From NCBI GenBank assembly GCA_951406725.2, contig OX597815.1:49538001-49602000 (forward strand): a DNA stretch of 64,000 nucleotides. The letters run 5' to 3'. This DNA comes from Octopus vulgaris. Lineage: Eukaryota. Position 1 is the first letter of the stretch, and each line of letters opens with the position of its first letter. Below are positions 1-11,352 of this stretch, in pieces. The notes below the pieces were generated by a model, which saw only the letters and a program-made list of their open reading frames with translations, did no database searches and was not told where the DNA came from. Both the position numbers and the translations under genes were made by a program.

Positions 1-94
1 AAATTAACAGACACGCATGCACCGCAAACATACATACACTGCATACAAACATGCACACAAAAACGTTCCATCTCTCTTTCTCTCTCACTCTCTC

Positions 95-160
95 AGTATA
101 TATATATGTATACATATATATATATATCTATCTACACATATATATATATACATACATATA

Positions 161-202
<42 letters not shown>

Positions 203-345
203 ATATATATATATGTATACATATATATATATGTTATATATAATATATATGTATATATATATATATAGATATATATATATATATATATATACATATATAT
301 ACATATATATGTTATATATAAATATATATATATATATGTATATAT
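95..345. repeat. (TA)n-rich microsatellite
   Basis: Long interrupted TA run; source of the YI-repeat ORFs in the track. Confidence 0.95.
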
Positions 346-999
346 CTATTGTGCACCAAAACCCTGCAAATTCCTGCACGCACAAAATGCACAGAGACAG
401 CAGGCAAGCACATACATATATAAATAAGTACATGAAATTACTTAAACATAACAGTTCATATATATGCATATATGCACATTAATACAGAAATTATAAAGAA
501 GATCCAGAAAATCGACACATCCGTGAATATTACATGCACATACACACACACACATATATATACATATATATACACACATATACATTTAGATATATATATT
601 TGTATGTGAGCATGATATGTGTATTCAATTCTGTATTTGTATGTTTGTGTGTGTGTATGTGTGTGTGTGTTTGTGTGTGTGCACGCATGTGCATGTGAAT
701 GTGTATGGCTGGCATTCCAATACATATTTACAGATATTCGAATATTACCAACATAGCAAAATAAAAACAAGACAACAAAAATAACTAAGGGAGCAGGTTC
801 AATGAGTATATAGAATGGTTGGGTATATAGAAAGGGCTGTTGAAGGGTTAACAGGGGCCAGGGATCTGGGGTTTGGGCTGAGGTGTGGATGAGAGCATTA
901 GAGGGAAAGTGAAGTCTGCAAACTTTGGCAACCAGCATCAACAACCAGCCAACGGACCAACTCAACTGACCAACTCAACTGACCAACTTTTCAGAGCTT

Positions 1000-1220
1000 G
1001 AGCCAATGAAGCGTAACTACAAGATCACTGATCCTGCTAGAAATAGCAATCAAATCTCCCTCAGTTCACACTTGACCATCTTAAAGGAAAGGACTTGTAA
1101 CGAAATTTGGTTGTCATTTCTTGACTCATAAGAAAATCAGGTTTGTCATAGCCAGATTGTCTTTGATCATAGCTCAGTTTGATCAGGGTTGTCCTATAGT
1201 TAAACAACAACAACAACAAC
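1000..1220 (+). mobile_element. Old SINE-like interspersed repeat (family C) with (CAA)n tail
   Basis: Motif order ctagaaatagc(a/c)aaatctccctca...gatcatag...ctaaacaacaacaac recurs degenerately near 2760-2860, 5230-5360, 16730-16970, 20760-20900, 23730-23910, 31915-32180, 37590-37800 (-), 45020-45190 and 53460-53610. Confidence 0.6.
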
Positions 1221-1361
1221 CAGCAAGTGTTGCAACCCTCCCTTCTATCACCATTGTCACCATCAACACTACTTATACTCAGGAAAGACACTTATATATA
1301 TGGTCTCTTAGTTTGCTAGAAATAACAGTAGAATTCTTTCAACTCATCTTGTACTCTTTTC

Positions 1362-1988
1362 GGATCTTTTCTATTCTGAAGCCAGTTTTTTCAAATTTTT
1401 CCTACTGAACCAAACAATTTGAAACTTCGTATACTGGTAGAATGTGTCAAAAGTAAACTTAATTGTAAACCAGAATGAAAACGGAATTGTAACTTCTAAG
1501 TTTAACGTTGTTTAATAATTAGAATTTTAACCAATGATATTCCGTCATTCGGCTTTATTTTATTTACTCCGTCTCGACCACCAATTTCGTGACGTATTAA
1601 ACATCTTAAATGTAAACAAGCTATAGTCAGCCACCTTCTAATAACAAAAGTTTGTCTTTGAAGTTACCGTCTAGGGGAAGCATTGATGTACATGTGTGTG
1701 TGTGTGTGTTTGATGGGGTGTGGGAGACAGTATGTTGTGTAAGTGAAGTGCTTCTGTTAGTGTGTGTGAAGAGACAGAGAGAGTAATGTGTGAAAGAGAG
1801 AGATAACTGAAATTTTTTACTCGGTGTATGTGTATATGCCTGAATGTATGTGTGTATGTATCTGTGTATGTGTATGTATGTATGTATGTATGGCCGATTC
1901 AATGTAATTTTTTACACATACTTACACACACACACACACATACATACACACACACATGCAGACATACATATACACATACACCGAGTAA

Positions 1989-2031
<43 letters not shown>

Positions 2032-2549
2032 TTTATAAAAATATGGTAAAGTAAAAAAATTACTTAACCACACACCGAGCTTTTTAGAAATAGCAGCCAA
2101 AAATTTCTCAACTGCAAGAAAAAGTCTCCCAGACAATGCATACTCAGAAATAATTCACATACGTATAAGAGAAAAACAACGAAAAATCACATGGATTCTC
2201 CGATATATGTTATAAAAATATGGATTCTCCGATATAATTTATAAAAATATGGTAAAGTAAAAAAATTACTTTACCACACACAAAGCTTTTTAGAAATAGC
2301 AGACGTCACAAAACTGCTTTCAACGTCACACTAACAGATCGCAGTAACGTTTTAGATATGAAAACAAGCAATCTCATTGGTTAAAATTCGCAGTTTTAAT
2401 CTACGATTAAAGTCATAAAATAGATTTTTCTCAAATAAACTAGTTCCAACTGGCGAATAAACTAGTTCCACTCTATGAGTACACAAAGTTTCAAATTATT
2501 TAGTTAACTAGAAAGATCTGGGGTCCTGGCCACAAATTTGAAAAGATCC
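1362..2549. mobile_element. Non-autonomous DNA transposon, Merlin-like (GG-starting TIRs, 8-bp TSD)
   Basis: Termini GGATCTTTTC (1362-1371) and GAAAAGATCC (2540-2549). Exact 8-bp flanking duplication CTCTTTTC (1354-1361, 2550-2557). Further sub-terminal inverted matches: aatttgaaact/agtttcaaatt and gaattttaaccaatga/tcattggttaaaattc. Confidence 0.7.
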
Positions 2550-2550
2550 C

Positions 2551-2755
2551 TCTTTTCTACTCTAGGCACAAACGCCGAAATTTTTGGGGGAAGGGGCCAG
2601 TCGATTAGATCGACCCCAGTATGCAACTGGTATTTAATTCATCGACCCCAAAAGAATGAAAGGCAAAGTTGACCTCAGCAGAATTTGAACTCAGAACATA
2701 AAAACAGATGAAATACCGCTGAAAATTTCGCCCAGCCTGCTAACGTTTTTGCCAG
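2551..2755 (-). mobile_element. SINE family B (MetaSINE-like central domain)
   Basis: Reverse complement of ...ttctgagttcaaattc..gaggtcaactttgcctttcat..ggggtcgat... The same unit occurs in more than 20 copies in the window. Confidence 0.8.
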
Positions 2756-3789
2756 GACACATTAAAGAATATAGCTGCAAAGAAAAATAAAAAGGATGGT
2801 CACGGTTGGAATATTTCTGATCATAGGTCTGCTGGATAGGGGTTGATATGGAACTACAACATCATCATCGTCATCATCAGCACTATTACCCCCATAACCA
2901 TCAGGGTATTGTCATTCAACAACAGTAATGCTTAACATCACCATTGTCATGAGTAGGACCATTGCCATCTGAACAATATAGCTCCCACCGCCACCACCAC
3001 CACCATTGTCATCACAACTGCCACCACTGTTGGCACCACCACTGTCAGCACCACCACCATCACCACCACCATTGTCATCACAACTGCCACCACTGTCAGC
3101 AGCACCACCACCTTCCACCATTATTTTCTTCACCATCAGAATTTGTCAGAAGTGTGACCAATCTGAAATCAATGTTTTTTCTTTATTGACCAGAAGATGA
3201 GTGGGACAGGAGAGGAAGTGGGAAAAGAAAATGTGTGGATTAGAGACAGAGGAAGACAAGAGACAGAAAGAAACAGTGACAGAAAGATAAATGGAAAGAG
3301 AGGGAGGTGAGAGGGAGAGAGAGAGCAGGGGCTTTTTTTTAGATTGACAGATAAATTGAAAATTGTAAGAGTGAGAGAAGGTAAGGAGTGTGAGAAATTG
3401 AGAGAAAAGGAGAGAGAGAGGGGAGGAGGAGATAAAGGGACATTGAAAAAACAAAATGTCAACTTGATAAGTAGATAGATAGATAAATAGAGAGACAGAC
3501 AGATAGCCCGACTGACGGATGGACAGTCAGACAAACAGACAGACAGATGCATAGGAATATAGTGAGTGAGAGAGAGAGAGTGAGAAATGTGTGAATGTGA
3601 AACAGAAAGTAGAAGAGGAAGGGAAGACTTTGTTATGAGGATGTGTGATGTGTATAAATATCAAGAATAGGAGAGAATAGGCCAAGAGAAATTAGTTCAA
3701 GAAGCACTCACTCTCTCACACACACACACACATGCACACACATTCAACAGTTACCAATGGGTGAACTCTAATTTGTTTATTGTTTCTTT

Positions 3790-4138
3790 TACTCTTTTTA
3801 CTTGTTTCAGTCATTAGACTGAGGCCATGCTGGGGCACCCCCTTGAAGGAGGTTTAGTTGAATGAATTGAGTGATTCCAGTACTTAATCTCATTAGTTTT
3901 TGCTTAAGCCTGGTACTTATACTATTGGACTCTTTTTACCTTACTGCTAAGTTACAGGGATGTAAACAAACCAACACTGGTTGTGAAGTGGTAGTGGAGG
4001 ACCAGCACAGACATGGTTCCAGGTTCAGTCCCACTGTGTGGCACCTTGGGCAAGTGTCGTCTACTATAGCCTCAGGTCAACCAAAGCCTTGTGAGTGGAT
4101 TTGGCTGATGGAAACTGAAAAGAAGCCCATTGTATACA

Positions 4139-4215
<77 letters not shown>

Positions 4216-4470
4216 TTGTATGTGTGTGTATGTGTGTTTGTGTGTGTGTATTTGTATGGGGGGGTCTGTTACCCCCACCATCACTTGACAACCAATGTAG
4301 GTGTTTTTATGTCCCTGTAACTTAGAAGTCTAGCAAAAGAGACTGATAGAATAAGTACTAGGTTTGCAAAGAATAAGTCCTGGGGGTGATTTCTATGACT
4401 AAAAATCTTTTAAGGAGGTGTTCCAGCATGGCTACATTCAAATGACTAAAACAAGAAAAAGAATAAAAGA
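3790..4470. mobile_element. Two SINE family A pieces (minus-strand 3' half, then a plus-strand 5'-truncated copy)
   Basis: Match to the family A unit; the plus copy has an internal (CA)n/(TG)n tract. Confidence 0.8.
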
Positions 4471-4500
4471 AAATATATATAGAGAGAGTGTCAGAATGGT

Positions 4501-4556
4501 GTGGACACCTCTGATGAGAACCCAATAAGGTTTGAAAATTGATTAAGGTTGTTCAT
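4501..4556 (+). ncRNA. Minimal type I hammerhead ribozyme motif
   Basis: Stem I gtggacacct/aggt(t)gttcat; core CTGATGA (4511-4517); stem II gaacc/ggttt; GAAA (4534-4537); stem III A-[TTGA]-T; TA cleavage site at 4544-4545. Confidence 0.65.
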
Positions 4557-4563
4557 AATTTTA

Positions 4564-4968
4564 GGCGCAGGCATGGCTGTGTGGTAAGTAGCTTGCTTAC
4601 CAACCACATGGTTCCGGGTTCAGTCCCGCTGCATGGCACCTTGGGCAATGTCTTCTATTATAGCCTCAGGCCAACCAAAGCCTTGTGAGTGGATTTGGGA
4701 GACGGAAACTGAAAGAAGCCCTTCATATGTATATATATGTATTTATGTGTGTGAATGTTTGCGTGTCTGTGTTTGTCCCCCCATCATTGCTTGACAACCG
4801 ATGCTGGTGTGTTTACATCCCTGTAACATAGCAGTTCAGCAAAGAGACTGATAGAATAAGTACTAGGCTTACAAAGAATAAGTTGTGGAGTCGATTTGTT
4901 CAACTAAAGGTGGTGCTCCAGCATGGCCGCAATCAAATGACTGAAACAAATAAAAGAATAAAAGAATA
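4564..4968 (+). mobile_element. tRNA-derived SINE family A, full length
   Basis: Head ggcgcaggcatggctgtgtggtaag (A box)...gggttcagtccc (B box), ccttgggcaa core, internal TA/TG tract, tail ccagcatggccgca..gactgaaacaa(taaaaga)n. Confidence 0.9.
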
Positions 4969-4975
4969 TAAATAT

Positions 4976-5200
4976 GATGGGCTTCATACAGTTTCCATCT
5001 ATCAAATCCACTCACAAGGCTTTGGTTTGCCTGAGATGATTGTAGAAGACACTTGTCTAAGGTGCCACACAGTGGAACTGAACCCAGAAACATGTCTGTA
5101 CTGGTCTCCTACTACCAGAACCATGTGGTACCAGAACCATGTGGTACCAGAACCATGTGGTTGAGAAACAAGCTTCTTACCACACAGTCACACCTGTGCC
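4976..5200 (-). mobile_element. SINE family A 5' half
   Basis: Reverse complement of the head; contains a short internal tandem triplication of accagaaccatgtggt. Confidence 0.85.
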
Positions 5201-5456
5201 TAATTAATTTACTAAAGAATATCAGTCAAATCCAAGAAAGCTTTGGATAGTGATACCATAAATACACAATGTCAGAAAAAAGAAGAGAGGAAGGATGGTC
5301 CTAGTTGGAATTCATTTAATCATAGGTCTGCCCTCTCAGGCTGCCCTGGTTTTAAACAAATGATATCAACAGTTATCTCAATTTACAATTCAAACATTAG
5401 AAATAATTCTTTCTATTATTGGCACAAGACCAGCAGCTTTCGGAAAAGGGGTTAGT

Positions 5457-6229
5457 CAAGGCCGGTTTTAAGCCAATTAGACAGATTTGTTCAAATTTGC
5501 CCCCCTCCCCCCACTAAGAGAGGGCCCCCATGTACACACTGAAGCAGAAGATGCTATGATGAATTGACCCTTTCGATACCAACCCAGCTGAAACCGCCTC
5601 TGGCTCTGTAGCACAAATGTCTTGTTTTCATAAGTTTTGAATTAAAATCTTCCACCAAACCTTAGTCACAATTTATGTTCCCAACACTAGCATAATGATA
5701 ACTAAGTTATTTTACTGAATTCTTTGTTATATTTAAAATTAATTGAAAGCAAAACAGTGCATCTCAAAATAAATACAGCAACGAAAGGGTTAAACATTTC
5801 CTGATGTTTCTCTTGCTTTGAGGATTTACTCAACAATGCCAGTAACAGCCGCATCAGGTGAAAGAAGTTTTTCAAAACTAAAACTGATTAAGACATAACT
5901 TCAGTCAACAGTTTCATAAGAGAGACGAAATAATCTTGAAAGACTTCTCAGATAAAAAAATTCAAAAAAGCCTGTTTTTTAGAAGACCTATTCACAAACA
6001 GTATTTCACTAATTATTTTGACAACAAATAAAACATTAAAATTTTCATATAAACTTTCAATTTTTAATATATTATTGTGACTAATGGTGGATCCTCAAGC
6101 CCTCCATGCTTTTTGGCTGGGAATGGTGTACTTAATGAAGCATAGAGCATCAATCTTCAGCATTTGTAGAGTAGAAAGCCTCACTGACAATTTTCTAACT
6201 GGGCTCCACACTTCCTAGTGCCAGCCCTG
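5457..6229 (+). mobile_element. Internally deleted hAT DNA transposon
   Basis: Termini caaggccggt/gccagccctg and a degenerate 8-bp TSD (gggttagt/ggaatagc). 5794-5937 translates TFPDVSLALRIYSTMPVTAASGERSFSKLKLIKT*LQSTVS*ERRNNL, the hAT C-terminal dimerisation motif with stops. Confidence 0.85.
5568..5789. mobile_element. piggyBac-like MITE nested in the hAT element
   Basis: TIRs CCCTTTCG/CGAAAGGG flanked by TT(G)A and TTAA; near-identical copy at 50751-50968. Confidence 0.8.
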
Positions 6230-6277
6230 GGAATAGCTGATTATCTCAACCCCTAATGATAATAATAATAATAATAA

Positions 6278-6465
6278 CTCTTTCGACTAAAGGCACAAAG
6301 CCTGAAATTTGACAAAGGAGACTAGTTGATGACATTGACCCCAGTATTTCACTGGTACATAATTTATTGACCTTGAAAGGAATTTGAACTCAGAACATGA
6401 AAACAGATGAAATACCACTAAGTATATCAAACGGTATGCTAATGATTCTGTCAGCTCACTGCCTT
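6278..6465 (-). mobile_element. SINE family B
   Basis: Family B unit after an (AAT)n tract; its 5' end reads agctcactgcctt on the + strand. Confidence 0.8.
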
Positions 6466-7165
6466 GGCCAATATCTACATTGGGCGTGTCAGCATTATAA
6501 AATCAAAACTGCTGGCCAATGGTACAAGCACCACTCTGAGGCTGTAACTGAGGGAGAAAATGTAACTATTCTTTGGGATTTCTCAGTATGTATAGACGAG
6601 ATCATCAAAGCAAATAAACCAGATATTGTTGTGAAAGACCAAAACAATAAAGTCTGTTTATTGATTGACATGAGCATACCCTGTGACTATAATATCTCAG
6701 CAAAAGAATTTGATAAGCTCAGAAAATATAAAGATTTGCTAATTGAAATCGAAAAGATGTGGCATCTCAAGACAGTTACAATACTAGTGATTGTAGGAGC
6801 ACTTGGAATGATCAAAAAAGGAAGTGAAAATTATCTAAGAATGATACCTGGCTTACCATCCATGCAAGCAGTGCAAAAGATTGTCTTAACTGGTATGTCA
6901 CCCTTATTTAGAAAAGCATTGTTGATGTGAATTTTCTTTCCTTTTTTTACCCCTTTGTTTTATTTGTTTCCTCTTTAATATTTTTATTTTTTCCCTTTTC
7001 TCTCTGTCTTCCCCTTTTTCTCTATCACATGACTTTGAAATGAACAATCTGGTGTGTTTATTTTAATAGCCTGCCAATGTATACAGTAACTTTCTTTGTC
7101 CTAGGTGTCAGGAAGACACTCAGCAAGAAATGGAAACAGAATTGAAAGAAAATGCTAATGAAAAT
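6466..7165 (+). mobile_element. 5'-truncated R4/Dong-type non-LTR retrotransposon (REL endonuclease domain, 3' UTR, TAA tail)
   Basis: ORF 6397-6930 contains YLHW..WYKH..ILWDF..KPDIVV..LIDMSIP..K..KYKDL..EIEKMW..VIVGALG..VQKIVL, the PD-(D/E)xK restriction-like endonuclease of R2/R4-group elements. Followed by (TAA)n. Confidence 0.9.
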
Positions 7166-7849
7166 AATAATAATAATAATAGTAATGGTTACAAATTTTG
7201 GTACAGAACTAGCAGTTTTTGACGGGAGAAAGAAATTGGTTACATCAAGCCCAGTACTTGACTGGTACTTATTTTATCAATCAAGATTTCTCTCTAAATG
7301 TTGGTGAAGGTTGCCCTCAATTTCTCTCTGGATTACACAAGGAGAGCTCTTTAAAGGGATCTAATTAGATCCACAAAACGTTTTGTCCTAGTTCTTTACA
7401 ATCCTGCAAATCCATCGCTGTTTGTTAAAGTGATTTCTAACTGAACTAAAAAGGCCACACATTTTTTTGAAGGAGTAGTGTAGTTGATTTGATCACTTCT
7501 CCTGTATTTGCTTGATGCTTATTTTCCTGATCCTGAAAAGATGAAAAGTGAAGTCAACCTTGGTGGAATCTGAACTCAGAATGTAAAGCTGATAGTAATT
7601 GAAAATAATTGAATATTGACTAAAACAAAAACAGTCAAAGAAAATAAGGATTGTAAATTTTATATGCATGTAAATCATTGATGCAAACAACAGCAAGGGA
7701 AGAAAGAAAGAAAGAGAGAAAGAAAGAAAGGAAGAAAGAAACAGAAGAAACGAAGGAAGGAAGATACAATGCGTACACATGAAATAACAGTTAACAGAGA
7801 TCTCTTTCCTAGGAACAATGGAAATTTAATGCAGCAACACTGTAGAAAG

Positions 7850-8133
7850 AACAACAACCAGATGATTGAGTAAGATGTACAGGGGTACCTAAAAAACAAA
7901 AATAGTCTACAATAAACCATACTGAAAGTTGGGCATTGAGTACCAAGAAGTTTAAAACATCTCATCTTGAAGATTACCTCTATTGAGTCCAGGAACAAGA
8001 ATTTTCTAACAAGTAACTTCTACACAAAAGTTGTAAAGTGTCACCTGATAATAAGCGTTGGTTATGTAAAATCAAAAGAGAAAACAGTCCCCATCATTGC
8101 CAAGTGTAAGAGAATGTCTTCTAAGTACTACCT
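7850..8133 (+). pseudogene. Decayed R4/Dong-type LINE fragment (post-RT region and zinc knuckle)
   Basis: Translation with stops and frameshift: TSHLEDYLY*VQEQEFSNK*LLHK..DNKRWLCK..EN../IIAKCKRMSSKYYL, matching the AxQEQ...CRLC...HII..C pattern. Confidence 0.7.
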
Positions 8134-8147
8134 TCCTGTGTGTCTCA

Positions 8148-8242
<95 letters not shown>

Positions 8243-8589
8243 ATAAAATGAGATAGGGGTTGAAAATTCAACCCACCATGGGATAATATATATCCAATAT
8301 ACTGCCAGATAGGTACCCAACAAGATTAATACATAGATGTTAAAAATTGTCAAACAATCAGTTCATCTATTGTATTATATGGGTAAAGGTAATAATATTA
8401 CCGTAAATTAATACTACAAAATTAGAGAATGGAGAAACATACTTAAATCAATAAAACATCAACCATCCGATGATACCCAATCAATACTTTAATACACCAT
8501 TACATATGAGTAAAGGCATTATACAAAATGAGATATACAGTAATAGTAAAAAGATAAAGAGATATAAGTAAAAATTTCAAATATAATAT

Positions 8590-8728
8590 GCAATTAAATC
8601 AAAACTGACAGCTGTTTCGGCAGTGAGGGCAGTCATACCTCATTTAACCTATAAGCCATAAAGGCAGGTATAAATGAGGCATTAACAAGGATGCCCCACG
8701 GCCTCTTCAGAGAATTAAATTAAATTTG
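8590..8728 (-). ncRNA. Type I hammerhead ribozyme (left arm)
   Basis: Exact reverse complement of 9241-9379: tcttcag at 8704-8710 and gacagctgtttc at 8607-8618. Confidence 0.8.
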
Positions 8729-8945
8729 TTATAATTGTGAAAAATATTATATAATCATATACATATAAATATAAAAATATAAAAATATAAAATATAAAAA
8801 CTTATACATCATAATGCTACACTTATATAATATAATACTCATTGGTACAATGAAGGAAGGTAAGCAGAACAAAATAAAACAAAATATATATCAGTGTATA
8901 TATTAATATTAATAAGTACCGATATTATACATATTTGGCTAAAAG

Positions 8946-8976
<31 letters not shown>

Positions 8977-9240
8977 CTAACACATAGGGAGATATTATTT
9001 TTCATCTCCCTATGTGTTAGTTTTTTTTATTTTTTTTTTTTTTTTTTTAAAAAAAACTTTTAGCCAAATATGTATAATATCGGTACTTATTAATATTAAT
9101 ATATACACTGATATATATTTTGTTTTATTTTGTTCTGCTTACCTTCCTTCATTGTATATATATATAAGTTTTTATATTTTATATTTTTATATTTTTATAT
9201 TTATATGTATATGATTATATAATATTTTTCACAATTATAA

Positions 9241-9379
9241 CAAATTTAATTTAATTCTCTGAAGAGGCCGTGGGGCATCCTTGTTAATGCCTCATTTATA
9301 CCTGCCTTTATGGCTTATAGGTTAAATGAGGTATGACTGCCCTCACTGCCGAAACAGCTGTCAGTTTTGATTTAATTGC
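9241..9379 (+). ncRNA. Type I hammerhead ribozyme with extended stem II (right arm)
   Basis: CTGAAGA (9259-9265); 85-nt stem II closed by GGC/GCC, with inner pairings gtggggca/tgccctcac and atgcctcattta/taaatgaggtat; GAAA (9351-9354); stem III C-[AGCT]-G; GTC cleavage triplet (9360-9362); interrupted stem I. Confidence 0.8.
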
Positions 9380-9502
9380 ATATTATATTTGAAATTTTTA
9401 CTTATATCTCTTATATTACTGTATATCTCATTTTGTATAATGCCTTTATGTGGTTGATGTTTTATTGATTTAAGTATGTTTCTCCATTCTCTAATTTTGT
9501 AG

Positions 9503-9544
<42 letters not shown>

Positions 9545-9555
9545 TGTATATATAT

Positions 9556-9742
9556 CATCATCATCATCATCATCGTTTAACGTCCGTTCTCCAAGCTAGC
9601 ATGGGTTGGACGGTTCGACCGGGGTTCTGGGAAGCCAGAAGGCTGCACCAGGCTCCAGTCTAATCTGGCAATGTTTCTACAGCTGGATGCCCTTCCTAAC
9701 GCCAACCACTCCGTGAGTGTAGTGGGTGCTTTTTACGTGCCA
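9556..9742 (-). mobile_element. RTE LINE 3' tail (family R) with (GAT)n end
   Basis: Reverse complement of gagtggttggcgttaggaagggcatccagctgtagaaac...aacccatgctagc..ggacgttaaacgatgatg, the same tail that follows the RTE ORF at 45362-46340. Confidence 0.85.
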
Positions 9743-9750
9743 CATATATG

Positions 9751-9792
<42 letters not shown>

Positions 9793-9799
9793 TGCATAC

Positions 9800-9833
<34 letters not shown>

Positions 9834-10034
9834 AGGCACAAGAGTGGCTCTGTGGCAAGTAGTTTGCTTGCCAAGTGCATGGTTCCAGGCAAGTGTCTTC
9901 TACTATAGCCTCGAGCTGACCAAAGCCTTGTGAGTGGATTTCGTGGACAGAAACTGAAAGAAGCCCATCGTATATATATATATATATATATAAGATCACT
10001 TCTTCTAATGCTCCCTCCCGTCTCAAAATTCCTT

Positions 10035-10320
10035 GTCGGTGCTGGTACCATGTAAAAAGTATCCAGTCCACACAATGATTTGGTTGGCATTTAAAAGGAC
10101 ATCCAGCTGTAAAAACTATGCTGGTAACATATCAATAGAAGTCAGACCACTCTATAGAGTGGTTGGTGTTAGGAAGGACATCAAGCTGTTAGAAACTATG
10201 CCAAAACAGACACAGTAGCCTGGGGTAGTCTTCTACCTGGTCGGCTCCAGTCAAACTGTCCAACCCATGCCAGCATGGAAGCTGGTTGTTAAATTATGAT
10301 GACGATAATGATGATGATGA
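10035..10320 (+). mobile_element. RTE 3' tail (family R)
   Basis: Family R motifs with an internal duplication, ending in (GAT)n. Confidence 0.75.
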
Positions 10321-10659
10321 TATATGTGTGTGTGTGTGTGTATGTGTGTTTGTACAGAGAGAGAGAGAGAGAGAAAGAGGGGAACTGACAAACAAACAGA
10401 CAGACAGACCTACTGACACAAAGTAAATTCATTATGAAAGTATGCATACTAACTAGCGAGGGCTGCAAAGCAAAAACAGTTCTATTGACAATGCTGATTG
10501 AGCTGTCTCATCAACACAATCAGACAGTAATAATACCAAACAGACAGAGTTGTGTACATTCACACTGACAACACAGGATTCATTTACATAGGCATGACAA
10601 TTTTAAGATTTATGTATGTATGTGTTTGTGTGTGTGTGTGTGTATGTGTCTGTGTGTGT

Positions 10660-10690
<31 letters not shown>

Positions 10691-11104
10691 AGTGTATGTT
10701 TGCTTAGAGATGGTGTGTGTGTTTGATTGTTGCTATTTAACCTCACATCAGATTGGACAGAGAGAAGGAAAACCAATGACCAATCTCATTCCAATGGTGG
10801 CCATCTGCTCGTTTCTCTCGGTACAATGCATCTAAGACATTGCCCGACGCATCTCTCCCATTTCCAAGGTGGTAGCTTTTATCTTTTATTTGTTACTGTC
10901 ATCAGACTGTGGCCATGCTGGGACAACACTTCGAAGGGTTTTAGTCAAACAGATCACCCTTAGAACTTATGTTCCTGTTTCATTCTATCACTCTCTTTGG
11001 CTGAACCATACAGTTACAAGTATGTAAACAAACCATCACTAATGGTCAAGCAGTGAGGTAAGATGGACAAACACAGGCACAAGGGCAATACACATACACA
11101 TACA

Positions 11105-11330
11105 TCATCACCATCATCATCATCATCATTTAATGCCTGTTTTCCATGCTAGCATAAGTTGGACGGTTTGACAGGAGTTGGCTAAGCAGAAGACTGTATC
11201 AGGCTCCAGAGTCCATTTTAGCATGGTTTTTTTATGGCTGGATGCCCTTCCAAATGCCAACCACTTCACAGTATGGACAGGATGCTTTTTACATGGCACT
11301 AGCACTGGCAGGGTCACCAAGTAACTTGCA
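11105..11330 (-). mobile_element. RTE 3' tail (family R)
   Basis: (CAT)n followed by the reverse complement of family R. Confidence 0.75.
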
Positions 11331-11352
11331 AGACATATATATATACATATAT

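Larger units (their letters stand above)
8239..9505. mobile_element. Non-coding palindromic element, Penelope-type inverted pLTR or retrozyme-like, between (TA)n tracts
   Basis: 8411-8993 is the reverse complement of 9004-9505 apart from a few block indels, with a 10-nt loop (8994-9003). Each arm carries a hammerhead core and both flanks are TA microsatellites. Confidence 0.75.
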
